Shown here: positions 37,666 through 46,669 of the stretch, one piece after another
Position numbering within the stretch: the first letter of the stretch is position 1
Layout of the letters: each line of letters starts with the position of its first letter
Assembly: GCA_965263035.1 (NCBI GenBank)
Contig: OZ253580.1
Coordinates: forward strand, 3,520,001 to 3,584,000
Source of the DNA: Acidobacteriota bacterium
GTDB lineage: Bacteria; Acidobacteriota; UBA6911; RPQK01; JAJDTT01
Length of the DNA stretch: 64,000 nt
Direction of reading: 5' to 3'
The notes under the pieces: generated by a model
What the model was told of the DNA's origin: nothing
The model's database searches: none
What the model saw: only the letters and a program-made list of their open reading frames with translations
Translations under genes and position numbers: made by a program

Positions 37666-39057
37666 ATGTCCAGCCTCTTCGGGACCGACGGAATTCGAGG
37701 AGTGGCGAGCGAGCCTCCTCTCGACCCCGCGACTGTTTTTCGAATCGGCCGGTGCCTCGCCCTCCAAGGGTTCCGGTCAGTGGTGGTAGGACGGGACACT
37801 CGAGAGAGTGGCCCCTGGATCGAAGAGGCCTTGATCCGGGGTCTCTCGAGCGCCGGTGCCCGGGTGACCTCTGCTGGAGTGCTGCCGACTCCCGCCATCT
37901 CCGTGCTCTGCCGGGATTCGAAATTCGACGCCGGCGTCGTTGTTTCGGCCTCTCACAACGTCTACAGCGACAACGGTCTGAAATTCTTCACGGAGCGGGG
38001 GCGGAAGCTGTCGCGCGGTCAAGAGCTGGCGCTCGAAACGCTTCTGGAGGCGGAAAATGCCTTTTCCCCCGTGCCGCGCCCTACCTGTTCGAATCCGCCG
38101 GCGTTGATCCGGACCGATCCCGACTGTCTCGGGACGTACTCCGGGTTTCTGCGGTCGTCCCTGGAAGTGGAGAGTCTGGAGCCCCTGAAGCTGGTTCTGG
38201 ATTGCGCTTCCGGAGCCGCTTCCCAGGTGGCGCCCCGGCTCTTCAGTGACCTTGGGGCTCGAGTTACTGTGATCGATGCCCCACCCGACGGCCGAAACAT
38301 CAATCGAGATTGTGGGGCGGTCCATCCCCAGCGCATGGCTCGAGCCGTGATGAGAACAGAGGCCGACCTCGGCGCCGCCTTCGACGGAGACGCAGACCGA
38401 GCCATCCTTGCCGATCACCATGGTCGGCTCCTGACCGGGGATCACATCCTCTATGTTCTGGCCAGGCACCTGCTGGAGCGAAACCTCCTGCCCACCCGAC
38501 GCGTCGTCGCCACCATCATGTCCAACCTGGGCCTGGAGGTCGCCCTGGCTAACCTGGACGTGGATTTGGTCCGTACTCAAGTCGGAGACAGAAACGTTCT
38601 GGAGTCCATGTTGGAGGAAGGAGACTCTCTGGGTGGGGAGCCTTCGGGCCACATTATTCTCGGTGAGCACTCACTGGCGGGAGACGGTATCCTGACCACC
38701 CTGAAGATCGCTCAGGTCCTGCTCCTGGAGCGGCGTTCGCTGCCCCAGTTGAGTGCCGGCCTGAGACTCCGCCCGCAGGTTCTCCGAAGCGTATCCGTGG
38801 GAAGGCGGGGGCGGGACCTTCTGGAAGATCGGAAGGTCCGGGGTCGAATCGAATCCGTTCAAGAGTCCTTGCAGGGCAAGGGCCGGATCCTGGTGCGCTG
38901 CTCCGGTACCGAACCGGTGGTCAGGATCATGGCGGAGGGAGAGGATCGGGAGCATCTGGAAGAATGCGTGGAAGGAATTGCCGCGCAGATCCGGCGCTCC
39001 CGGGCACGGCTGGCGGTTCCGGACGACACCAGCCCGAATTTCCCACCAGGTCGCTGA
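37666..39057 (+). CDS. glmM: Phosphoglucosamine mutase
   Basis: LFGTDGIRG, SASHN, FDGDADR, GGEPSGH, RCSGTEPVVRIMAE. Confidence 0.93.
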   Translation: MSSLFGTDGIRGVASEPPLDPATVFRIGRCLALQGFRSVVVGRDTRESGPWIEEALIRGLSSAGARVTSAGVLPTPAISVLCRDSKFDAGVVVSASHNVYSDNGLKFFTERGRKLSRGQELALETLLEAENAFSPVPRPTCSNPPALIRTDPDCLGTYSGFLRSSLEVESLEPLKLVLDCASGAASQVAPRLFSDLGARVTVIDAPPDGRNINRDCGAVHPQRMARAVMRTEADLGAAFDGDADRAILADHHGRLLTGDHILYVLARHLLERNLLPTRRVVATIMSNLGLEVALANLDVDLVRTQVGDRNVLESMLEEGDSLGGEPSGHIILGEHSLAGDGILTTLKIAQVLLLERRSLPQLSAGLRLRPQVLRSVSVGRRGRDLLEDRKVRGRIESVQESLQGKGRILVRCSGTEPVVRIMAEGEDREHLEECVEGIAAQIRRSRARLAVPDDTSPNFPPGR

Positions 39058-39273
39058 GCCTATGATGAAAATGGTCTACTCCTTAGGCATTTACGAGATC
39101 TTTTTCGAAGTCTCCCAAGTACCGGCGGCGCTGGACGCGCCCTCGCTGGTCTTTTCGCCCTCAGCGTGTACATGCTCCCTCAAACGCAGTCCCGGCTACG
39201 CTTGCGGTCGCGAGCACCCGCTGAGGGCGAAAATCCTGCGCGATCATCGCGCCTCCTGGTGAGAAATGCGGCT
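39031..39273. mobile_element. MITE-like element C, overlapping the glmM 3' end
   Basis: Imperfect terminal IRs AGCCCGAATTTCCCACCAGG (39031-39050) / CCTGGTGAGAAATGCGGCT (39255-39273); internal perfect 15-bp IR TTTTCGCCCTCAGCG (39152-39166) / CGCTGAGGGCGAAAA (39219-39233). Confidence 0.55.
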
Positions 39274-39275
39274 AG

Positions 39276-39384
39276 GAGGCTGTCCGAGAACTCGAAAAAT
39301 CATAGTTTTTGAAAACTTAACCCTTTATAAATCAGTAGTTTACAAACAAGACTTTTTGAAAATAGTCTATTCTCGGACAGCCTC
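39276..39384. mobile_element. MITE-like element A (109 bp), CTAG-flanked
   Basis: Perfect 15-bp TIR GAGGCTGTCCGAGAA / TTCTCGGACAGCCTC, AT-rich core, CTAG on both sides (39272-39275, 39385-39388). Confidence 0.8.
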
Positions 39385-39388
39385 CTAG

Positions 39389-39547
39389 GAGTCTGCGCGG
39401 TAGGAATGATCGTAGCGAGAAAGTGGAGAATCGAGGCCAGATTTTCTCGATTTGGAGGTGCATAGTTGTTCTATTCGCCGAGAAATCGGGGAAATATGGA
39501 CCGATTCTACCGCTTTCGCAGTAGATCAATTTCTGCCGCGCAGGCTC
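39389..39547. mobile_element. MITE-like element B (159 bp), CTAG-flanked long imperfect palindrome
   Basis: TIR GAGTCTGCGCGGTAGGA / TTCTGCCGCGCAGGCTC (14/17), pairing continues inward (AGAATCG/CGATTCT), CTAG at 39385-39388 and 39548-39551. Confidence 0.75.
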
Positions 39548-39566
39548 CTAGACGGCAGGAGCGGTC

Positions 39567-42500
39567 GTGAATCGAGATTCGTCACTGCAACCATCCCCGG
39601 CGACCTCGAGCCCAGAGTCTCCTGCAGCTGCAAACCTGTTCGAGACTCTGGCTGAGAAAGCCCTCCGGAACCGGCGGCTCGAGGGCCTGCACGGAGCCGA
39701 TTCGGCCTTGGTGCTGGCTTCGATCTATCGAAGAGATCCCGGCTTCTATCTCTGGTTGTGTCCGCGCAATCGGGATTTGGAGACCATGGCGGCGAATCTT
39801 CGGCTGTTCCTGCCCCAGGAGTGCCGGGATCAGGTCCTGCTTCTTCCCGGTTCCGAAGCGGACCCCTATCGCGGACTGTCTCCCCACCCCGAGATCGCGG
39901 CAGCTCGAGCCGTCGCTCTCTGGAGGATACTCCGCTGGAACCAGGGATTGATCCTGACGACCCTGTCCGCCCTGACACCCCGGCTTCCCTCTCCCCAGGC
40001 CTTCATGAGCCAGTGTCTCGACCTGGAGGTGGGAAGGTTCTTCCCCCCCGATCACCTGACCCGAACCCTGGACCAAGTGGGCTACGTGCGGGAAGATCCG
40101 GTCAGCACCGTAGGGGAGTACTCCATACGGGGTGGCATCATCGACGTCTTCCCTCCGTCGGCTTCGGCTCCGGTCCGCATCGAATTCTTCGGAGACGAGA
40201 TCGAATCGATTCGCGAATTCGATCCGACGTCACAGCGCTCGGTAGCGCTGGTGCCCGGATGCCGTGTGGTCCCCATGAGAGAGCTGGCCGTGACCCCCCG
40301 AGACATCTCCCGTTGGCACCGCGAAGCTCCGGATCACTGGTCGGAAGTTCGATTCGCGCAGGCCCTGGAGGAAAGACTCCAGTTCACGGCCAACGGTGAA
40401 CTCTTCAACGGGTTCGAGGCGTTGTTTCCCCTCGTGGTCCGGACCCGGCATCATCTGCTGGACTACGTCCAAGCGGAAGGCAGATCTGCCCCTGCGCTGG
40501 TCCTGTCCGATTGGGATGAACTCCGGAATGAGCACGGGAAGACTCAGGAAGGATGGGAGCAGAGCTATCAAGAGCGGACGGCCGACGGAGATCTCGCCCT
40601 GCCGCGGGACCGGCTGTATTGGTCCGCGGAGGCGGTGGAGGGCTGGACGAAACAGCATCCGACCTTCTACCTGAACCGGCTCTTTCAGGACCGGGGAGGG
40701 ACAGAGCGATTCGATTTCCGGGCCGAACGGCAGTACTCGGGTCAGCTTCGCGGGTTGTTGGCCGACCTTGAGGAGTGGACCAGGCGAGAACGGGTCGTCT
40801 TTGTGATGAAGACGCCGGGGATGGTTGACCGACTGGTCGATATCTTTCGCGAGTACGATATTCACCTGCATCGTGCTTCCGGGTTCGGTAGCGCCCTGGA
40901 TCACCGGACCGCCGTGATCCAGGGACGACTTTCGCAAGGATTCCACTCGCCCGGTCTGGGTCTGCACCTGTTGGGCGAGGAGAACCTTTTCGCCGAGAGC
41001 CTCCTGAAACCCGCACCTCCCCGGACCAGGCCCGACCTGGCCGCCAGCTTTCTCTCCGACTTCCGGGATCTGAAGTCCGGCGACTACGTGGTTCACATCG
41101 ATCATGGAATCGGTCTCTTCCAGGGACTTCGGTCGCTGGGTGTCGGCGGCGACGCCCGGGAGTTCCTGGTGGTCAGCTTCCAGGGTGACGACAAGCTGTA
41201 CGTCCCCGCGGATCGGCTGGATCAACTGCAGAAATATCGCAGTTCCGGCGAGTCCAGACCGCGGCTGGATCGTTTGGGGGGCGCCTCCTGGCACAAGACC
41301 AAGAAACGAATCAAGAAATCCATGCGGCGTATGGCCCAGGATCTACTCAAGTTGTACGCGCAACGGGAGGTGGCCCGGGGGCATGTCTTCCCGGAGGACG
41401 ACGCCTTGGCCAGGGAGTTCGAGTCGGCTTTCCCCTATGAGGAAACCCCCGACCAGGCTGCCGCCATCGAGGCCGTCAAGAAGGACATGATGGCGTCGCG
41501 TCCCATGGATCGCCTGATCTGTGGAGACGTGGGATACGGAAAGACCGAAGTGGCCATGAGAGCCGCCTTCCGGGCGGTCAACGACAGCAAGCAGGTTGCC
41601 GTCCTGACCCCCACGACCATCCTGGCGCTGCAGCACTTCAGCACCTTTCGCGAGCGCTTCAAGGGGTTTCCCGTCTCCATCGGGATGATCAGCCGCCTTC
41701 GCAACCGCAGCCAGCAACGAGAGATCCTGGAGAACACGGAATCGGGGAAGACCGACATTCTCATCGGAACCCACCGGCTCCTCTCCCGGGACGTCCGGTT
41801 CCGCGACCTGGGTCTCATCGTGGTGGACGAGGAGCAACGGTTCGGAGTCGCCCAGAAGGAGCGGCTCAAGCAGCTGAAGACCCGCGTGGAGGTGCTCAAT
41901 CTCTCGGCAACGCCGATTCCTCGCACTCTGAGCATGTCGCTGACGGGTGTACGCGATCTCTCCATCATCGAGACGCCTCCCAAGGACCGTTTGTCCATTC
42001 AGACCGCCGTGGTCAGGTTCAGCCGGTCGCTGATCCGCACCGCCATCGACCTGGAACTGAAGCGCCAGGGACAGATCTTCATAGTCCATAACTCGGTGGA
42101 GACCATCTACACCATCGCGCGCATGGTCCAGGAGACGGTGCCCGAAGCTCGCGTCGCGGTTGGGCACGGCCAGATGAGGGCGAATCAGCTGGAGAAGATC
42201 ATGCTGGATTTCCTCGACTATCGCTACGACGTGCTGGTCGCCACCACCATTATCGAAAACGGCCTGGACATCCCCCGGGCCAATACTCTCCTGGTGAACC
42301 AGGCCCACCGGTTCGGACTCGCCCAGCTCTACCAGCTCAGGGGCCGGGTCGGCCGCTCCAATCGCAGGGCCTACGCCTATCTGCTCATTCCCTCCGAGGA
42401 AACTCTGAGCACCGACGCCGCCAGACGCCTTGCGGCAATCCGGGAATTCAGCGACCTGGGTTCCGGATTTCGCATCGCCGCCATGGATCTGGAGATCCGC

Positions 42501-43091
42501 GGCTCGGGCAATCTGCTGGGGCAGGAACAACATGGGCACATCAATGCCGTCGGCTTCGAGCTCTACCTGAAGCTGCTGCAGGAGGCAGTTCGGGAGTTGA
42601 AGGGAGAAGAGATCGAGGAGGAGATCCGAATCAGTATCGACCTCGGCCTGGACATCCACATTCCGCAACATTACATCGGTGACCCGAGTCAGCGCCTCTG
42701 GCTCTACAAGCGGCTGAGCATTCTGTCGAACCGGCGATCTTTGGAAAACCTGAAGGAGGAGGTCGAAGACCGGTTCGGCAAGTACCCGCGTTCCGTCTCC
42801 AATCTCTTCGAGTACGGAGCGTTGCGGCTGAGCGCGAATCGCTTGAGAATAAGTTCCATCGACCTCAGGGGCCCGAAGGTTTTGTTGAGGTTCAGGGATG
42901 ACACGCCGGTGTCTCCTCATGACATCGTCGCTCTGGTCCAGGGGAGGACCGAGCTCACTCTGACTCAAGGCGGAGTGCTCAACGTTCGAGTCTCCTCTTC
43001 TGATCCGTCGACCCTCTTCGCTTCCGTCAGCGCCGTGCTTGAGAGCATCAGTGAGAGGATAGGGAAACGGGAAATCAGGAGTCCGGAATGA
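39567..43091 (+). CDS. mfd: Transcription-repair coupling factor
   Basis: UvrB-homology region (GEYSIRGGIIDVFP), RID (GDYVVHIDHGIG), CGDVGYGKTEVA, VDEEQRFG, QLRGRVGR, DLEIRGSGNLLG; RBS AGGAG. Confidence 0.97.
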   Translation: MNRDSSLQPSPATSSPESPAAANLFETLAEKALRNRRLEGLHGADSALVLASIYRRDPGFYLWLCPRNRDLETMAANLRLFLPQECRDQVLLLPGSEADPYRGLSPHPEIAAARAVALWRILRWNQGLILTTLSALTPRLPSPQAFMSQCLDLEVGRFFPPDHLTRTLDQVGYVREDPVSTVGEYSIRGGIIDVFPPSASAPVRIEFFGDEIESIREFDPTSQRSVALVPGCRVVPMRELAVTPRDISRWHREAPDHWSEVRFAQALEERLQFTANGELFNGFEALFPLVVRTRHHLLDYVQAEGRSAPALVLSDWDELRNEHGKTQEGWEQSYQERTADGDLALPRDRLYWSAEAVEGWTKQHPTFYLNRLFQDRGGTERFDFRAERQYSGQLRGLLADLEEWTRRERVVFVMKTPGMVDRLVDIFREYDIHLHRASGFGSALDHRTAVIQGRLSQGFHSPGLGLHLLGEENLFAESLLKPAPPRTRPDLAASFLSDFRDLKSGDYVVHIDHGIGLFQGLRSLGVGGDAREFLVVSFQGDDKLYVPADRLDQLQKYRSSGESRPRLDRLGGASWHKTKKRIKKSMRRMAQDLLKLYAQREVARGHVFPEDDALAREFESAFPYEETPDQAAAIEAVKKDMMASRPMDRLICGDVGYGKTEVAMRAAFRAVNDSKQVAVLTPTTILALQHFSTFRERFKGFPVSIGMISRLRNRSQQREILENTESGKTDILIGTHRLLSRDVRFRDLGLIVVDEEQRFGVAQKERLKQLKTRVEVLNLSATPIPRTLSMSLTGVRDLSIIETPPKDRLSIQTAVVRFSRSLIRTAIDLELKRQGQIFIVHNSVETIYTIARMVQETVPEARVAVGHGQMRANQLEKIMLDFLDYRYDVLVATTIIENGLDIPRANTLLVNQAHRFGLAQLYQLRGRVGRSNRRAYAYLLIPSEETLSTDAARRLAAIREFSDLGSGFRIAAMDLEIRGSGNLLGQEQHGHINAVGFELYLKLLQEAVRELKGEEIEEEIRISIDLGLDIHIPQHYIGDPSQRLWLYKRLSILSNRRSLENLKEEVEDRFGKYPRSVSNLFEYGALRLSANRLRISSIDLRGPKVLLRFRDDTPVSPHDIVALVQGRTELTLTQGGVLNVRVSSSDPSTLFASVSAVLESISERIGKREIRSPE

Positions 43092-43200
43092 CGAAAGGGA
43101 AGAGATCGTGACGATCGGGTCGGGCTGTGAGTTTGTGAGTGCGGTGCGGCCAGGGGGCCGGCACGGCGATATCGGGTGCGGGCTGATAGAATGGACGGCG

Positions 43201-44157
43201 ATGCTCGCGAGTCTGAAACCGAGTCGTGCCGGTGGGACGCTGGACCGGAGTTGGATCGGGAAGGCCCTGCTGCTTCATCTGGGGTGGGCAGCGTGCGGAC
43301 TTCCGGCCGGAGACGCCCGTTCCCCCAAACAGGAGACTCTGGTGGCACAGTTGGACGAGGAGCAAATTACTCTTCGAGAATTCGAAGCCTACTTGGCGGC
43401 GGAGTCGGACTCGGGGCAGGTCCCGCCGCGAAAAAGCCGGTTTCGTGACTTCGTGGTGGAGAAAATGCTTCTGCGTCAGGCTCGCCTTGACGGCATCAGC
43501 GTGGCCGACGCGGAGTTGGAGGAGCAGATCGGGAATCTTCAGATCGAGGCCGGAGACTCCAAGTTCTCCGAACGCTTGCGCCGATTCCTCACATTTCAAA
43601 AGCTGCTGATGCTGAAGGTCCGGGATCAGGTGAAAGTGACCTCGTCCGACATTCGCCACTTTTATGGGACCCACGACGAACAGTTTCGGGTCGGCGATTC
43701 AGGAAGGGTGTTGGAGATCCTGGTGGACAAGCGGGAACGAGCCCAGGAAATTCGAGGAATGCTGGAGCCGGGAGACGTCCGGCAGTTCCAGGAGATGGCC
43801 CGATTGCACTCCAAGGGTCTGACCGCAGATTCCGGCGGAGCCCTGGGGACCTTCGAGCGGGATCAGCTGCCGGGCGAGTTCGAAAAGGTCATCTTGGCGC
43901 TTGAGCCGGGTGAGATCAGTAACGTGTTCCGATCCCGGCATGGGTACCACCTCTTCATGGTGGAGGAATGGATTGGGCGGCACCACAAGAGTCTCTACCA
44001 TGTCCAGGAGGGGATCTTCTCGACTTTGATTGCAAAGCAGGAGAGCGCCGCAGTGGATTCCTACATCGAGGGTCTGCTGGCCGGGGCCTCGCTCCAGATC
44101 TACGAAAGGGAGCTCGACTTCCGGGAGAGAGATGATCATGTTTCCGCGCCAAATTAG
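43201..44157 (+). CDS. PpiC-type peptidyl-prolyl isomerase (SurA/PrsA-like)
   Basis: FQEMARLHS..GGALG..FEKVILALEPGEISNVFRSRHGYHLF parvulin motif. Start uncertain. Confidence 0.85.
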   Translation: MLASLKPSRAGGTLDRSWIGKALLLHLGWAACGLPAGDARSPKQETLVAQLDEEQITLREFEAYLAAESDSGQVPPRKSRFRDFVVEKMLLRQARLDGISVADAELEEQIGNLQIEAGDSKFSERLRRFLTFQKLLMLKVRDQVKVTSSDIRHFYGTHDEQFRVGDSGRVLEILVDKRERAQEIRGMLEPGDVRQFQEMARLHSKGLTADSGGALGTFERDQLPGEFEKVILALEPGEISNVFRSRHGYHLFMVEEWIGRHHKSLYHVQEGIFSTLIAKQESAAVDSYIEGLLAGASLQIYERELDFRERDDHVSAPN

Positions 44158-45229
44158 GGTGATTACGATCGCTGGGGTCCTGCTGTTGACCGGTCCGGTT
44201 CAGGGACAGGACCAGGGAGCGGCGGGAGATCCGCCCCGGCCGCCGCAGCGGAAGCAGCAGGCGCCGCCTCCGGAACCGGTTCTCCTGGACGAGATCGTGG
44301 CCCGCGTCAACGACCAGATCATCACCCGCAGGGATCTGGACCACGAGTTGTACGTCGTCCAATCCGACGTTCGGCAGCGAATACAGGATCCGGAACGCGC
44401 CATGCGGATCTGGCAGACGCAAAAGCGGCAGGTGCTGCGCGAGATGATCGACACCAGGCTGCTCCTGCAGAAGGCCGAGGAACTGGGCGTGGCCCCCAAC
44501 GTCGACGATGAGGTCTCGGCTCAGATCGAGAATATGCGTAAGGAGAGTGGAATTCCCAGCCTGGAGGCCATGGATCAGGCCATGCGCCGGCAAGGTTTGA
44601 GCCTGGGTCAAATGAGAGCTAGGCTGAGGCAAAAATACATACAGGAACGCCTGTTGGGCGCCATGGTCTATTCCCGGATCACGCTTCTGACGCCGGAGAT
44701 CCAGGAGTTCTACGACCAGAACCGTGAACGGTACACCGAGCCCGAGGAGGTGGAGTTGGCCGAGATCCTGTTTCTCACCGAGGGCAAGGAGAAGGACCAG
44801 GTTCATTCCAAGGCTCAGGGAGTCGTGGACCGGCTCAAGGCGGGAGGCTCGTTCGAAGAGTTGGCCAAGGAGCATTCCGAGGGTCCCACCGCTAGTCGGG
44901 GAGGGTCGATCGGGTCCTTCAAGCGGGGGTCCATGCAGCAAGTTCAAGAGGCGGCGGTGACCAAGTTGAAAGAGGGGGAGTACAGCGACCTCATCGAGGC
45001 CGACTACGGTTTTCAGGTTCTCAAGCTGTTGAAGAGAAAACCTGCGCGGCAGTTGGATCTGGAAGAGGTGCGGCGCCACATTCAGGAACAGCTCTACTTC
45101 AAGAAGGCGCAGCCTCAGCTCAAGAAGTACGTGGAAGACCTGCGGGAGGAAAGCTACATTTACGTCGATCCCAGCTATCAGAAAGAGTACGACGTAGAAA
45201 AACTGGGACTGACGTCGATCGAACTTTAA
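44132..45229 (+). CDS. SurA-like chaperone with parvulin domain
   Basis: Signal peptide, DEIVARVNDQIITR, FEELAKEHSEGPTASRGGSIG, YGFQVLKL. Confidence 0.88.
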   Translation: MIMFPRQIRVITIAGVLLLTGPVQGQDQGAAGDPPRPPQRKQQAPPPEPVLLDEIVARVNDQIITRRDLDHELYVVQSDVRQRIQDPERAMRIWQTQKRQVLREMIDTRLLLQKAEELGVAPNVDDEVSAQIENMRKESGIPSLEAMDQAMRRQGLSLGQMRARLRQKYIQERLLGAMVYSRITLLTPEIQEFYDQNRERYTEPEEVELAEILFLTEGKEKDQVHSKAQGVVDRLKAGGSFEELAKEHSEGPTASRGGSIGSFKRGSMQQVQEAAVTKLKEGEYSDLIEADYGFQVLKLLKRKPARQLDLEEVRRHIQEQLYFKKAQPQLKKYVEDLREESYIYVDPSYQKEYDVEKLGLTSIEL

Positions 45230-45301
45230 GTCTTAAGAACAGTCGCGTTCATCACACCTGGTGGCGGCGTCCGCCGCCGCCCGTCCAAGTCGCTCTCGAA
45301 T

Positions 45302-46216
45302 CTACATTCGGGCCCGCTTCTCGGCTCTCCGTTTGAACACCCATGAGATGACGATGCTCACCAGGTAGAGCAGGACCATGGGCCCGCTCCAGAGGAACAG
45401 GTTGATGGCGTCCGTGGTGGGAGACACCACGGCTGCGATCATGACCATGAGGAGAAAGGCATAGCGGAAGTTTCTCCAGAGAAAGCCGGGAGTGATGAGT
45501 CCGAACATGGACAGGAAGGCCACGATCACCGGAAGCTGAAAGATGGCGCCCATGCCCAGAATGATGATCACCTCGAAATTGAAGTACTCGATAGCGCTCA
45601 CCATGGGCTGGAAGGCACTGCCGAACTCGTTGATCAGAAAGTTGAGCGCCGTGGGGAGGATGATGTAGTAGGCGAAAGTGCCGCCCAGCAGGACCAACGC
45701 CGTCGACGAAACCAGGAAGGGGATGATGTAGCGCTTCTCCTGCTGGTACAGGCCCGGAGCGATGAAAAGCCAGACCTGCGTGAGGATCGCCGGAGCGGCC
45801 AGGAAAACGGCCGCGACGAAAGAAACCTTCATGTAGATCGTGAACGGCTCCGTGGGCTTGATGAACACCAACTTCTCGATACCACTGTTCTTGATGGGTA
45901 CGGCCAGGAATTCGAAGATGGGCTCCCGGAAGATCCAGCAGGCGCAGAAAGCGACCGCGACGGCGACCGCGCTCCAGAGGATGCGCTTTCGAAGCTCGTC
46001 CAGATGCTCCAGAAAGGTCATCTTGGCGCCCAGTTCCTCCTCTTCGGGAGAATCCGGGTCTGCTTCGGCCTCTGCGGAGGTTACCGGTGTTGGAGGATCG
46101 GATGGAGGCGGGGAGGAACCGGCACCCGGGACGGTTTCCTGCCCGGCGTCTCCGGTTGGCTGAGTCTCGGACGCGCTTGGGTCTGGGGGAGGAGGAGAAC
46201 CCGGAGAGTCATTCAT
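45302..46216 (-). CDS. tatC: Twin-arginine translocase subunit TatC
   Basis: MTFLEHLDELRKR, PTEPF, FIAPGLY..EK, FQLP, SPTTD; Pro/acidic N-terminal extension. Confidence 0.95.
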   Translation of the reverse strand: MNDSPGSPPPPDPSASETQPTGDAGQETVPGAGSSPPPSDPPTPVTSAEAEADPDSPEEEELGAKMTFLEHLDELRKRILWSAVAVAVAFCACWIFREPIFEFLAVPIKNSGIEKLVFIKPTEPFTIYMKVSFVAAVFLAAPAILTQVWLFIAPGLYQQEKRYIIPFLVSSTALVLLGGTFAYYIILPTALNFLINEFGSAFQPMVSAIEYFNFEVIIILGMGAIFQLPVIVAFLSMFGLITPGFLWRNFRYAFLLMVMIAAVVSPTTDAINLFLWSGPMVLLYLVSIVISWVFKRRAEKRARM

Positions 46217-46258
46217 GAAAGCCGGTCGATCGGCGGAGCGGGAACCACCGGGAGTCGA

Positions 46259-46474
46259 TCATGACGCATCGATATCTCTCTGGATCTTCTTGAATTCTTC
46301 TTCCTCGACCCGAACCTCGTCCTCCCAGGTTCGTTTCAACTCGTTGGAAGCCCGCTTGAATTCGGCCAGGCTCTTGCCCAGAGACTTGCCCAGGTCAGGA
46401 AGCTTCCGTGGGCCAAAGATCACAAGAGCGATGACGAAGATGATCACCACTTCCTGAAAGCCTAGATTCCACAT
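46259..46474 (-). CDS. tatA: Twin-arginine translocase TatA/TatB subunit
   Basis: LGFQEVVIIFVIALVIFGPRKLPDLGKSLGKSLAEFKRA; RBS GAGG. Confidence 0.9.
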   Translation of the reverse strand: MWNLGFQEVVIIFVIALVIFGPRKLPDLGKSLGKSLAEFKRASNELKRTWEDEVRVEEEEFKKIQRDIDAS

Positions 46475-46499
46475 AATTGCCTCGCCTCCCTGGAGGGAA

Positions 46500-46529
46500 A
46501 TAGTAAGTCACCGCGTCAAATCAAGTCAA
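46500..46529 (-). promoter_or_regulatory. sigma70-type promoter of tatAC
   Basis: TTGACT - 18 bp - TACTAT. Confidence 0.55.
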
Positions 46530-46669
46530 CCGCCAAGGACCCGCGCTTGGGCGGCGAGACCGCCGTCATGAAGTCTTCCCGGGATGGCCAACGGGGTTAA
46601 TGTTATACTGCCCGGCAACCAACGCCATTCGGCGCTCTTGGGAAACCTGGACGGAAAGGGCTCGGAAAC

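Noticed and set aside
39031-39551. CRISPR array or replication origin in the AT-rich segment
   Set aside because: No regularly spaced direct repeats, cas genes or DnaA-box cluster; the inverted-repeat/CTAG structure explains it better.
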